Positions 22,701 through 32,666 of a DNA stretch of 32,666 nucleotides are shown one piece after another. Positions within the stretch are counted from its first letter, which is position 1. Each line of letters begins with the position of its first letter. The stretch is taken from contig NIVC01001891.1 in NCBI GenBank assembly GCA_002269645.1, positions 92,885-125,550 of the forward strand, written 5' to 3'. Made by a program: the position numbers and the translations under genes. Origin of the DNA: Macrostomum lignano. Taxonomy: Eukaryota. The notes under the pieces were generated by a model, which was not told the origin of the DNA, searched no databases, and saw nothing but the letters and a program-made list of their open reading frames with translations.

Positions 22701-25700
22701 CTGATATTGGAGGCACTGGCGGAGCTAGGGATGCAGTATCGCCAGAACAGGTAATTCAATGAATGTGCTTCTCTGAATAGTACGATCCAGTCAACCAGGG
22801 CCCGCTAGCGAGATTCGGGTGCACTTAATCCACCTTGCCAGGTGTTTTTCATCAACCAAGTGAACCTGGACCGGGTACTGACAGATCTGCAGTGCCTGGT
22901 GGCTCGACTAAGCGGCTGCGTGGCCAGCGAAGGCCAGTGCTACCCGGGGCACTGGTGCCGAGATCCGGAGAAAATTCGCGAACAGCACCGGGGTCCGAGT
23001 GACAAGCCGCCCAAAGTGGCGTTCATTGAAAAGCAGTCGGTACGATTGACGAATCTTGATAAAAAAAATTCATTACCCGATTGGGGATTGTGTTGCACTA
23101 AGGATCCTAGCCGAGATTCGGAAAATTTAGTATGGCTGGTTTTACGTACTGGTCTCCTTGGTTTGCATAAATCTAAAGTTTAGCATGTCCTAAAGTTTGC
23201 ATTTCCTAAAGTCCAGCATAGCCTACATTTCCAAGTGACGAAACAAAGTCGGTTAAAAACGCATTAAGGTGCTGGGGGTAGATCTTCAGGCTTTTTATTA
23301 TCATCATATTACCATATTTAAAAAAAATTTTGGAAGCTTTAAGAAAGCAAAATGACTGTTTTCTCACAAGCTCAGATTTCACTTCTCAAGCTCAAAACTT
23401 CATACCGTTGGGTTCGATTAAGTTGTGACCTTAGCGAAAATCGACGTCCCAGTCCTTATGCAGATCCTTAAAGTTCATTAGAGTTCAACATTCACTGTTA
23501 GCACCATTAAATGAGCTATCAAATCACACGAGGGAAAACCAGATGAGGAGAATACCAAAAAATTGATTTCATTTTTTGGCAGTGTCAACAAGCCTTTACA
23601 TGTAGGTTCTAATTGCCCCTAAAAAAACTCAAAATTCATTGAATGAACCTAGCTCGTAATTCCTTAAATAAGAAATTCTTTAATGCTCGTTAACACCTCT
23701 AGATATCGATTCTATTTCAGATGTGCCACCACATCTACATGAAGCACGACTTTGGTCAGGTGTGCAGTGAACCAGATTGTCCGCAGCGTGGCAAACGGAT
23801 GTGCACCTGCTTCCAGGAGAATTTGTTCATCCCGGACACGATTGTACTGGCTACTAAGAAGAAATTTGAATATGTTTGCGATAATATGCTCAGTAAGTAA
23901 ACCTAGAGCTAAGATAGCTAGTGACAATTGAGCTCTAAGGTAGAACAATTGAGTTCAATCCGTTCACTTTTCAGAGGGTGCCTATGGCGACAAGCAGCGC
24001 TGGTTGATTCGAGCCGCCTCCCTTAAAGGCGGCAACGGAGTTCAGCTGATCGATTCGGCCGCGGAGCTGGAGACTTTTGTGCGCTACGACCTGCATAGGC
24101 GGCTGCGAGGACAGTTCTTTGTGCTGCAAAGGTTATTGGATAACTGGCTGCGTGTCCTATTGCTCAATTGTCCTATTATGCGTCTTTGTGTTCAATTGTC
24201 CCTGTGTCATTAGTGACCTAATGTCTTTGTGCTTTGGTGTCTTGTGTCTTATAGGCCTAGTGTCCTTAGTGTCTTCAACTACCTACATGGAAATAGTATC
24301 CTAATGTCTTGGTGTCCTATGTGTCCTAGTGGTCCCAAGTGTCCTATTGATAGTTGTCCTAAGTGCCCTAGTAGTTCCGAGTATCCTATTTATAGTGGTC
24401 ATAAGTGTCCCTAGTGGTTGTAAGTGTCCTAGTTGACCTAAATGTCGTATTGATAGTTGTCCTAAGTGTCCTAGTGGTCCCAAATATCCTATTGACAGTT
24501 GTCTTATATGCCCTAGTGGTCGTAAGTGTCCTAGTTGTCCTAAATGTCCGAGTGGTCCTAAGTGTCCTAGTTTTCCTAAGTGTCCTGGTGGACCTAAGTG
24601 TCCTAGTGGTCTTAAATGTCCTAGTTGTCCTAAGTGTCCTTTTGTATAGCTTCTCTGTCTTTAGTTTGCAATCTCATAGCAACTTTGGTTTTAGTAACAT
24701 CTTACGGTTCCTGGTCCTAGTGTATTATTAAGTGTTGTGTTCTTGTGCCTTAAGTGTCCTAGTGTCCTACACGTAGTATCTAGTGTCTTAGTCTCTTTAG
24801 CGGCTGTGTAATTGTCTTGGTTTTTGTTGTCTTGGTGTCTTGTGTCCTATGATCTTTACTGCGTAAAACTATTCGAATCAAGATTGCAGCTATATATGTC
24901 ATTCTACTTCGCTTGCACTTGCAGACACCTAACAAATCCTCAGTTGTTAGAAGGCCGACGTTTCGATTTGAGAATGTTCCTACTCGTGTCCGTCCTCACT
25001 GACCGACGGGTCGTTGCCTTCCTTCACCCTGGCTACATTCGCATCGCTCAACGCGAGTACGAAGAGAAAAGCAATGATCTGCGCTGTCACTTCACGTGGC
25101 CGTTCACCTGGGACCCCGACTATTCGAGATATGGCCGGGAAAAGACTGCCTCGAACAGCTCGGCCGATTATTGCCGACCATACGACGATGCGCGCGAATC
25201 TCTCGGCCTGCCGTCTATCACTAATAGTCGCGAGCTCGATTCCGCACTCTGGCCAACGACTTCGTCATCGTCAAATCAGCCTTCGTCGTCGACCTCGGAT
25301 TCGACAAATTCGGAGCATCGATTTTTGCGTCGTTTGCATCGAATTGTTAACAACTTGGCCAGCCAGATTGACAGCATTGTGGGCGACAAGCCAGGCAGCT
25401 GGCAGCTGTTTGGACTGGACCTGATGCTCGACGCCAATAAAGAGATCTGGCTGCATGACGTGATGACTTATCCGGGATGCGATGAGCCGGACGCAAGGTC
25501 TGACACGCAGAATCGCGTCCTGCCAGCCGTGCTGACCGAATCGCTGGCTCTTGTGTTCGAATTGAACCAGCGGGACAAGGCCACGAGAGATGCCGGGCTG
25601 TGGCTAGATCTGCCCGACGTGCCAGTCAATCAGCCTGGTGAATGAAAGCTCTTGGATTGGGATTTAATTAGAGCAAATAGATTGGGAGGGGCCGTAGCCT

Positions 25701-26487
25701 CGTGGTCTAACGCGGCGCTCTAATGTGCCAGCGGCCCGGGCTCGATTCCAAGTGCAGGCACATTAATTGAAGGCTAAATTGGAATCTCGGCTTGGCTCTG
25801 CTCGTGAAATTAACAACCAGCTTGAGGACCAACCCCCAAGGCACAGTGAAGTGTACATGCCGAACTATAAATAAAGTAGGGCCGCTGTACACTCCTGTGT
25901 GAGTGTGTGCCTGTGCGTATGATGGTACGTATCCGCGTGCTTGTGTGCCTGCTCAGGCGAGTCGGTGGAATGGCAGTAATGCCTCTTGCCGGTTGTGCGA
26001 CAAGATAGAGTGCGCCTATGTCGCTTGTCGCTTAGAGTGCGCCAGGGTGCACGCACAGCCACTGGCTCGAATAGCGGAGTTTTCTACCTTGAATCTAACG
26101 ACTGGCTTTCTACATTTTTTACATATAGGTCTAATTTGCGCTCAGAAGAACTTCGTTTGGATGTACTCAACGGATGCTGAACGCCTCATCGGCTTCAGAC
26201 CAAAGCGCCAGCGAACTAAGCCACCTCACTGGTACACACAGTGGCGCATCAACGAAGACTTAAATGACTACGTTTTATATCTGAGGAACTTCCGTATTGA
26301 TACCTTCCCGACGCAACTGGATTCGTTCGTATACGGCCGGAAATCTTTCGAGCATTCGCCAGCAGAGAAGATAAGAACAAAAATTAAAAGTTTACAGGGG
26401 ACTGCCTCTGAAACAAAGACTAATAACCCGGCTCCTGCTTCAGAGAAAACACAAGAGTCTGCAGCCTATGCTGAATGTGACGAATAA
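19775..26487 (+). CDS. Tubulin-tyrosine-ligase-like (TTLL10-like) protein with divergent active site; 8 exons: 19775-19991, 21912-22089, 22348-22750, 22842-23039, 23721-23892, 23975-24131, 24925-25637, 26129-26487 (2397 nt, 798 aa)
   Basis: TTL-family motifs in order: LVVEFCQRMG, FIPDTIVL, WLIRAASLKGGNGVQLI (cf. WIxKP..GxGI), VLQRHLTNPQLLEGRRFDLR, GYIRI, LFGLDLMLDANKEIWL, VLPAVLTESLALVF and CAQKNFVW. The last two resemble the TTLL10 C-terminus as I recall it. All seven introns are GT-AG and phases chain without a stop (1,2,0,0,1,2,1); total length is divisible by 3. Exons 1-2 have no recognisable homology and rest on phase compatibility only. Confidence 0.8.
20140..20690. repeat. 22-23-bp minisatellite in intron 1 of the TTLL-like gene
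   Basis: Unit AGGGAATCGAGCCCTAAACCACA. Confidence 0.97.
20692..21745. mobile_element. Non-autonomous TIR element with GG termini and 8-bp TSD (Merlin-like), in intron 1 of the TTLL-like gene
   Basis: 41-bp TIRs with 1 mismatch (20692-20732 / 21705-21745, GGGCTTCTTGAAG...). Perfect 8-bp direct repeat TAAAAATT (20684-20691, 21746-21753). Internal tandem duplications with 84-bp and about 156-bp periods. Confidence 0.8.
24170..24850. repeat. Degenerate low-complexity GTCCTA/AGTGTCCT repeat filling most of intron 6 of the TTLL-like gene
   Basis: Recurrent 9-10-nt units (AAGTGTCCT, AGTTGTCCT, AGTGGTCCT). Confidence 0.85.
25688..26080 (+). mobile_element. tRNA-derived SINE-like element in the last intron of the TTLL-like gene (3' end approximate)
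   Basis: Pol III A-box-like TAGCCTCGTGG (25695-25705) and B-box-like GGCTCGATTCC (25739-25749). Body motifs CAAGGCAC..GTGTACA and GCTCAGG..GGAATGG.CAG..TGCCT are shared with two other copies in the window. Confidence 0.65.
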
Positions 26488-26627
26488 GAAAGTTTTTTAA
26501 CTTTAACTCCTCTCGATCTCCTTTGCTCATTTTTTCGGAAAAAAATACTTTTTTTACGCTTTTGGGTGAGATTTCAAAACCCTGGAGTCAGGTTTTCGTT
26601 CAAGTGTATGAATCCAATTATTTTGTT

Positions 26628-26633
26628 AATAAA
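26628..26633 (+). promoter_or_regulatory. Candidate polyadenylation signal of the TTLL-like gene
   Basis: First AATAAA after the stop codon, about 140 nt downstream of 26487. Confidence 0.4.
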
Positions 26634-27269
26634 ATAGATCCGATGGATTTGTAAATTCCTTTCTTTTGCCGATTTAAAATGCTTGCTTTTTCATTCATTT
26701 TTGAAGGAAAGAATGGATATTACGCCCATGAACTAGCTTTGACTCGAGAACAATCAATGACTAACATCACTAATAATTAAATACATATAAGATCGAATTC
26801 AAACTGTTGAAACCCGATATTTTAAACCCGCTAAATTCGAATCCTCGGAACTATATTGTTGCATGCATTTTTAAATTTAAAAGTCATTCCTACATCATTC
26901 ATGGACACAAATTGGCTCTCTCTGATATAGCCAGTCATGTCGAAAGTCTTTGCGACAGGTTTAGGTAAACCTTGGCCTTGAGCTCAAGAACAAAGTTACA
27001 GTTTCAACCAAATGCAGCAATTGGTGAAAGCCCATCTTTAGGACTGCATGTCACCGATTTGCAAGAGATTGGTAGAAAATTAATAAGCGCTGCTTCATCC
27101 CTATACATGTAATACAGCACTCATGTTAGTTTCCAATCGCAATCCCAAACCTGAAGTTAAACTAAAAAACAAAACAAAAGCGCGGCTGGGGGTGCCGCGC
27201 AGAATAACGTCTGTCTAAACCTTGCCTTGGCAAATTCTGGCCTCTGCCTCTACTTCCCTCGTGCCCTTT

Positions 27270-27860
27270 AAAACTTCTTTCCCTCTCTTCCCTTCCCTTC
27301 CCTTCTCTTCCCCTCTTTCCTCTCTCCTTTCTTTTCTGATCTTATCTATCAAATATTTTTTCTCTCCTAGCTTTCTCCTCTCTTTTCTCTCTCTTGTCTT
27401 CTCTCTCCTCTCTTCATTCATCCCTCTTCTCTCATCTCTTCTTTCTCCTCTTTATTCTCTCTTCTCTCCCCCCTCTCTCTCATATCTCATCTCTCCTCTC
27501 TTCTTTCTCCTCTTTATTCTCTCTTCTTTCCCCCCTCTCTCTTATCTCTTATCGCTCCTCTCTTCTCTCTACTCTCTCTTGTCTTCTCTCTCTTCTCCTG
27601 TCTCATCCCTCTTATCTCCTCTCTTCTCTTCTCTATCTCCTCTTTACACTCTCTCCTCTCTTCTCCTCTATTCTCCTCTCTTCTCTTCTCCTCTCCTCTC
27701 CTCTCCTCTCCTCTCCTCTCCTCTCCTCTCCTCTCCTCTCCTCTCCTCTCCTCTTCTCTTCTCTTACATGTATATCTTTTCTCGCCTCTCCCTGGACTTT
27801 TATTTTCTTTATTTTCTTTTTTCTTGTCTCTGGACTCTCCCCTGTTGCTCTTCCTAATCT
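27270..27860. repeat. CT-rich low-complexity tract including (CTCCT)n
   Basis: Directly visible; pure CTCCT run at about 27680-27752. Confidence 0.95.
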
Positions 27861-28949
27861 TCTGTTCCATCTCCTTTTAGGTAAGAAGATTTGCAATGGA
27901 TCTTGGCCATAGACAGAGTTTTCATTTTTATAGTTAATTGTCATCTACATATGTAACAAAAAAAGTCCATGAGGATATATAAAACTGACCTCTACTGACC
28001 GCTATTAAAAAGCATCAACTAACGACCGAAGACTTAAGGGGAAAGTCATACCCTTTTAACTATCAACGAAAGCAAACGGTGAGTTATGAAAGACGTGTGT
28101 GCAAGCTAGCCTTAGGCAACGATTAGATTAAATTCTAGTTATTGATATTATAGTGTACATGTAGGAAAACAAAAAAGACTCGAAGCATGCGAACAATTAA
28201 GAATTGTGACTGCTGATACTCAGTTTAGCACATGGGATTTTTTGCCGCTGCATTTCGTTGCCCATTGTGAAAACCACCTACTGATGCTGCAAAAACGTTA
28301 AGTATGTGCTTTATTTGAGTCTACTGATGCTTATTATTTAGCAATAGAAACAAAAAATATTATTTTATGCTTGCACTGCAAGAATTATGGCTACCTTTGG
28401 TATCTACTAGGCATGGGTGTTTAACTGCTTCGATTTTAAATGCACAAACAATAGTGACTTTGAACAGTTTTAAAATTCACTCTTCGCAACTTACGGCTCG
28501 CACATGGCGCATGATCAGCAGGCATTCACATGTTGCTGCTTCTAACGGTTGCAAGCAAGTTAGTGCGCTGCCAGAAGTTAAGATTTTCCCGTTGTTTTAG
28601 TTAAATTAATTTTTTTCTTACTATCTTATGACTATGCAATTTGTATCTAGTTGGTTAGACAATTAGACTTTGTCATAAAACAACTTATCCAATAATAGTG
28701 GCAGTGCCGCAGTGGCACTGTTATCATAACCATAGTCCATATCCATATATCCATAATATGCTATATCCATAGCATAGTTCATCTAAGCTTTAGGCCTAGG
28801 ACTAACATTTATTCAAGACTTCACTTTGAATTTAACTTTTTTGTCAATGATATAGGTCTAGACTCTAATCTACTTAAAAACAGACATAGTGTAGCCTAGG
28901 CCTAGAATTATATAAATTGGTACACTCACTGTACAGTTTAGTTGGTATT

Positions 28950-29247
28950 CATTCATGCGCAACCTCCAAAATTCGGTCGGCCATGCGATTTAGTTTTAAC
29001 AAAAATGTGACATAGTTTTTGGCCAAAAATGCGACTTACATGTAAAAAAACCCTGAAGCAAAATTAACGCAACTTTGGGTAAACGGCAGGAGTAACTATG
29101 ACTGCCTTATTAAGCCAACATGCCTTGTCAGCTACTTAGTACTACTTCTTGGTTATTTTTTCGGGATGGAATTTTTGCGACTTCCTTGGTTGGCTGCCAA
29201 ATCAGTCAGCTGGATCGGCTGACTCGGCTGACTGTTGCGCATGTATG
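28950..29247. mobile_element. hAT-type MITE (298 bp)
   Basis: 14-bp TIR CATTCATGCGCAAC / GTTGCGCATGTATG (1 mismatch) with CA..TG ends. 8-bp TSD ttggtatt / ttggtatc (7 of 8 match). A second partial copy lies at 6067-6228. Confidence 0.78.
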
Positions 29248-29967
29248 TTGGTATCTGTACTGCATAAGCTTGTCAACTTTTAATAATTCAAGCAATTGGT
29301 TAATTCTTGAGCTATTATAGTTTGTGCATAGGGCCTAGTACAGTTGTCAAGTAGCTTAGAGAGTTATATATCATGTGCCCCTTTTATATTACTATAATAG
29401 ACAAAATCAAAATGACTATTCAGTGGCCATAGTCAAGATCATAGTATGCCTGTGCTAGAATGAATCCTATCAAAAAAGTTTGATTGTACCATATTCATAT
29501 ATTATATACTAAAACAATTCTTATCAAAAAAGTTTGCTTGTGCCATGCACCAAAACTATTCCTATATAAAAATTTGTTTGCATTGTGTAGGCTACTGCAA
29601 CTTTTTTAAAAAGCAAAAATCAATAATTGGCATAGTTCTAGTTTACTTTGTTATATTATTTCATAATTCTACTTTACTTCGTTATATTAATTTCATGTAT
29701 TTTCTTGCATCTGTACTCTTACCACAACACTTTCAGCCATTATGGCCTGTCGCCCAGCTGCACCGACCTGCCAAACTTAATTCGTCCGATTTTTTGCTTT
29801 TAGCACCAGTATCTTGATCCGGTTTATTGTCTGGAATCGGCCCATATCCACAGTGTAAAGAAACCGGAACAGAGCCGGACAAAAAGTTACGTTTCAGGAC
29901 CAGGCGTTCAGATTTTATCGCCTTTGCCCTGTTTTATGTCCGGTGATTATTCCGAAGTTTGTTCCGG

Positions 29968-30062
29968 TGCCTGATCCGGTCAAAGAGAGCCAGATGTTGC
30001 GCCAGTTTTGTTCCGGTGCCTGATCCGGTCAAAGAGAGCCAGATGTTGCGCCGGTTGCTGGA
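29968..30062. repeat. 49-bp tandem duplication
   Basis: TTTGTTCCGGTGCCTGATCCGGTCAAAGAGAGCCAGATGTTGCGCC occurs twice with a 49-bp period. Confidence 0.95.
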
Positions 30063-30316
30063 CCGTGGCATTGACCGATCCAAATGGGATCGAGACCGGA
30101 CCGAAAGCCGGACCGGCCCGGTTTAATCTTGAACCGTTCTCTCCGGAGCAGGAGGCAGTCTTCCACGCGAATAGAAAATGAAAAGAAAATTGAAGAGTTT
30201 AAAAGGAAGTACTTTTTTTCAATCCAGGCATTTGTCAACCTTTCCATTTCCATGGCAATTTATTTTTACTTCCGAAACATCGAAAGCACCGAACATCGCA
30301 AATCACACATGGTCCC

Positions 30317-31575
30317 TTACAAATGTGTTGCTTCCCTTCTGGCACTCACAAATGAGTCATAAAGGTGATAAAGGTGATAAAGGATGTTCAATTGGCCGAA
30401 CCAACCGTCAACCACAAGCTTCAGCAAGTCAACGAGGCTACCGGCCGACTGCAAATCGTCCATGCTCGTGACGAGGTTAGCCGTCGTCACTGAAGCCGCC
30501 AACGTATCCGTAGCCGCAGTCGCAGGCGAAGGGTAAATGAGAACCGGATGGTTCTCATCAGGCTCCTCCATGACAACAACGATGGCATGGGAGTCTGTCG
30601 TCGAGGAGGCCTTCTTCGGCCTCTTGGTAGCGCTTGGCCTCGGGCCGCTCGATCCGGGCCTCGGGCCGGTGATACGGCGGCACTTCAGTTTCGGCAGACC
30701 CTGGCGAACGCGTGCCGTCTCACGGCAACGCGAGAAAGCGCGTTGTAGTTGGCGCTTAGTGGCGATGACGCCAACGTTCTGCAGCCACTGCTTAGCGATA
30801 AGCAGTTTGGCTGGGTTAGCGGCAGCAGTCAGCTGGTCCCCCAGCTTTCGGCCCGAGAAATTTGCGCCTGAAAACTCCGTCTCAGAGAACAGTGCCCGCA
30901 AGAGACACTGCAACAGCGACAAATGTTCCGAACGCAGTCTCTATGACAAACAGCATAATGTCTGACGCAGCCTGGCCCAGCGTTCCCGGAAGCGCTGGAT
31001 GGAACGGCTGATGCAGTTGTGCATCAGGTACCGGCAGCGGTGCGTCTTCGTCACTGTCAAAGTCGCCTTTGATCAAAAATGAAACGAATGAAATGACTTT
31101 AGAGGGAGGTGTATATGCATCTGCATCGCAATATGCAATTATAATGTATGTGACATTACTTACTGTCACCGACATCTGAGAAGCTATTACCAGAGTCAGA
31201 TGAGGATGCGACATCAACGCTCTCACAATTAGTCTCGTTGTCTGCAGATGCAGACTCACTGTTACAGTCATCCGCAGGTTCGGTATTGTCACTGTCAGCC
31301 GATGGGTCAACCTGATCACAGCATGCTTGTTGACCAGATGTGCCACCGTCACTGTCACCAGGAGCAGGATCAACAGTAACAGCATCACTGTCATCGTCAC
31401 TGCTAACAGCGCCGTTAGAAGCTGCACTTGCAGCGTCAGCGTCAGCTGACGTGCCAGCGCCGCGTTTCTCCACGGGGGATCGCGATCGGGCTAGAGTTGC
31501 TGCATTTAACTTTCTTCGAAACCGGTATGCCCGCATGTACAACCGCCTGTGCAGCCTTTTTTCATCATCCTCCAT
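30317..31575 (-). CDS. Putative BEN-domain-like protein with basic N-terminus and acidic/Ser-rich linker (spliced model tentative; possibly frameshifted or transposon-borne)
   Basis: Exon 31575-31164 (MEDDEKRLHRRLYMRAYRFRRK...SDVGD) ends at A|gtaagt, with an acceptor at aaag|GC (31066). The downstream frame reads SEHLSLLQCLLRALFSETEFSGANFSGRK...ANPAKLLIAKQWLQ...AFSRCRETARVR, which resembles the BEN pattern LLxxLFSxxE..G...LDPxKL..I...C..RR. Joining the two needs either a second intron (31031-30941, weak gtacct donor) or a 2-nt frameshift near 30940. Confidence 0.5.
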
Positions 31576-32062
31576 ACGTCTAGGCAGCTGAGGGCGGGGG
31601 TATTACTGATTCATTAGCACGCGTACATGTCGAAGGAACAGAATCTACGAGTAAATGAGCTATAAGTTTATAAACTTATCTAGCGGTTTGACTTCTGTGA
31701 CAAACTTAGACTTAGACTTTGACCTAATTTAAAATACTTCTTAGCTATTTCTTGTAGGACCTATGTAGGATATAATGGCCCTGCAGATTTAATGGCCCTG
31801 AAAATATAATAGGACGCGACTCTTAGCCAAGAAAGAAAGAAAGAAAATTTAGGGTTGCTGGATTTTGGATAACGGATGTACGACGTATGGCATAAATAAT
31901 ACAGGAAAGAAAGAACAAGTGCGATAAACAAATTGAACCAAAACAGAAGATGTTTCCACTACATCTTCAGTAACGCATCAATTTATTTGACAAACAAACT
32001 CCCCAACATCTGCGAGGTTGTATTACCCCTCGCTGCTAGCCGCAGTTATCTCAGCAGATCGA

Positions 32063-32110
32063 CTTACGTTAACGTAAGCCTCGACTCTCTTGTAAATTTA
32101 CAAGAGAGTC
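32063..32110. other. Two adjacent perfect palindromes (16 bp and 28 bp)
   Basis: CTTACGTT|AACGTAAG at 32063-32078 and GACTCTCTTGTAAA|TTTACAAGAGAGTC at 32083-32110. Confidence 0.95.
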
Positions 32111-32666
32111 AAGGCTTCTTCAACCCTCCTCCTTTTGCAACCAGGCTTGGGACCGGCTTTGCGGAGTTAAAGACAGCCAGTGTTTCCTACACTCAGCTGC
32201 TTCATTTTCTGGAAGCATCGGTACTTCCAGCCAGAAGCAGCCGAAGAAGAAGCCCATTTTTAGCGGGATAGCAATTATAGCCATTATTAAACCAGCTTTC
32301 CGAACCGGAATATTGTCCGTTGCGTACCGGTGAAACGACGGCTCGGCGCCCAGTCAAAATACCGGGCGAAAATCCGGTACAGAAATGACGCATTACCCCT
32401 CCTGCACCAGTTTTTCGTCACGCTCAAAACGGATGCTCACATAACAAACAAGCGGACAATATTCCGGACGAATAACCGGCGCTCATTGTTCCGGATTTGT
32501 CCGATTCTTGGAATTTATTGGACCGGTCTTTGTCCGGTTTTGTTTTGCTCCGGTTTCGTCCGGTTGTGGTCCGAAAACAAGCTCTTTTCCGGCACAATCC
32601 GGGTGAAGGAGTATAAATTTCAGATCAAAATCTGGCTGCAGAGTTTGGCGGGGAGCTTTTAAACTA

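Noticed and set aside
25643-25645. TGA as the end of the TTLL-like protein
   Set aside because: A phase-1 donor (G|gtgaat, 25638) joins the acceptor at 26129 and continues into a TTLL10-like C-terminal motif (CAQKNFVW). Intron retention as a minor isoform is not excluded.
25688-25760. tRNA gene
   Set aside because: A/B boxes are present, but the B box is mutated, the acceptor and anticodon stems do not pair well, and it runs into a repeat body; better explained as a SINE head.
27215-27944. Leu/Ser-rich and Arg/Glu-rich ORFs
   Set aside because: Translations of CT-rich low-complexity DNA.
30537-31591. Plus-strand ORFs 30537..30965, 30548..30748 and 31340..31591
   Set aside because: Antisense shadows of the GC-rich minus-strand coding region.
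31933-32271. 112-aa ORF on the plus strand
   Set aside because: Non-ATG start, no recognisable motif, and it runs through the palindromes.

Overview
Eukaryotic (animal) genomic DNA, rich in introns and minisatellites. The style suggests an invertebrate such as a flatworm, but the organism cannot be determined from this window. Two spliced genes sit head-to-head. The first is a 3-exon TENT5/FAM46 non-canonical poly(A) polymerase on the minus strand, complement(join(2376..2843,5214..6004,11922..12210)), 515 aa, with catalytic acidic residues intact. The second is an 8-exon TTLL10-like tubulin-tyrosine-ligase-family gene on the plus strand (19775..26487, 798 aa) with an intact frame but substituted active-site motifs. 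Between them lie a Sola2-like MITE, a decayed non-LTR retrotransposon RNase H/Zn-knuckle fragment, a truncated hAT-like MITE, a mariner transposase fragment and a SINE-like copy. The introns hold large minisatellites, a Merlin-like MITE (41-bp TIR, 8-bp TSD) and a tRNA-derived SINE. The right end has a hAT-type MITE and a CCGG-rich, probably transposon-like region carrying a BEN-domain-like gene and two adjacent perfect palindromes. Four MEF2-consensus sites cluster around TENT5 exon 1. No rRNA, bona fide tRNA or CRISPR array is supported. All family calls come from motif recognition by eye; no database searches were run.
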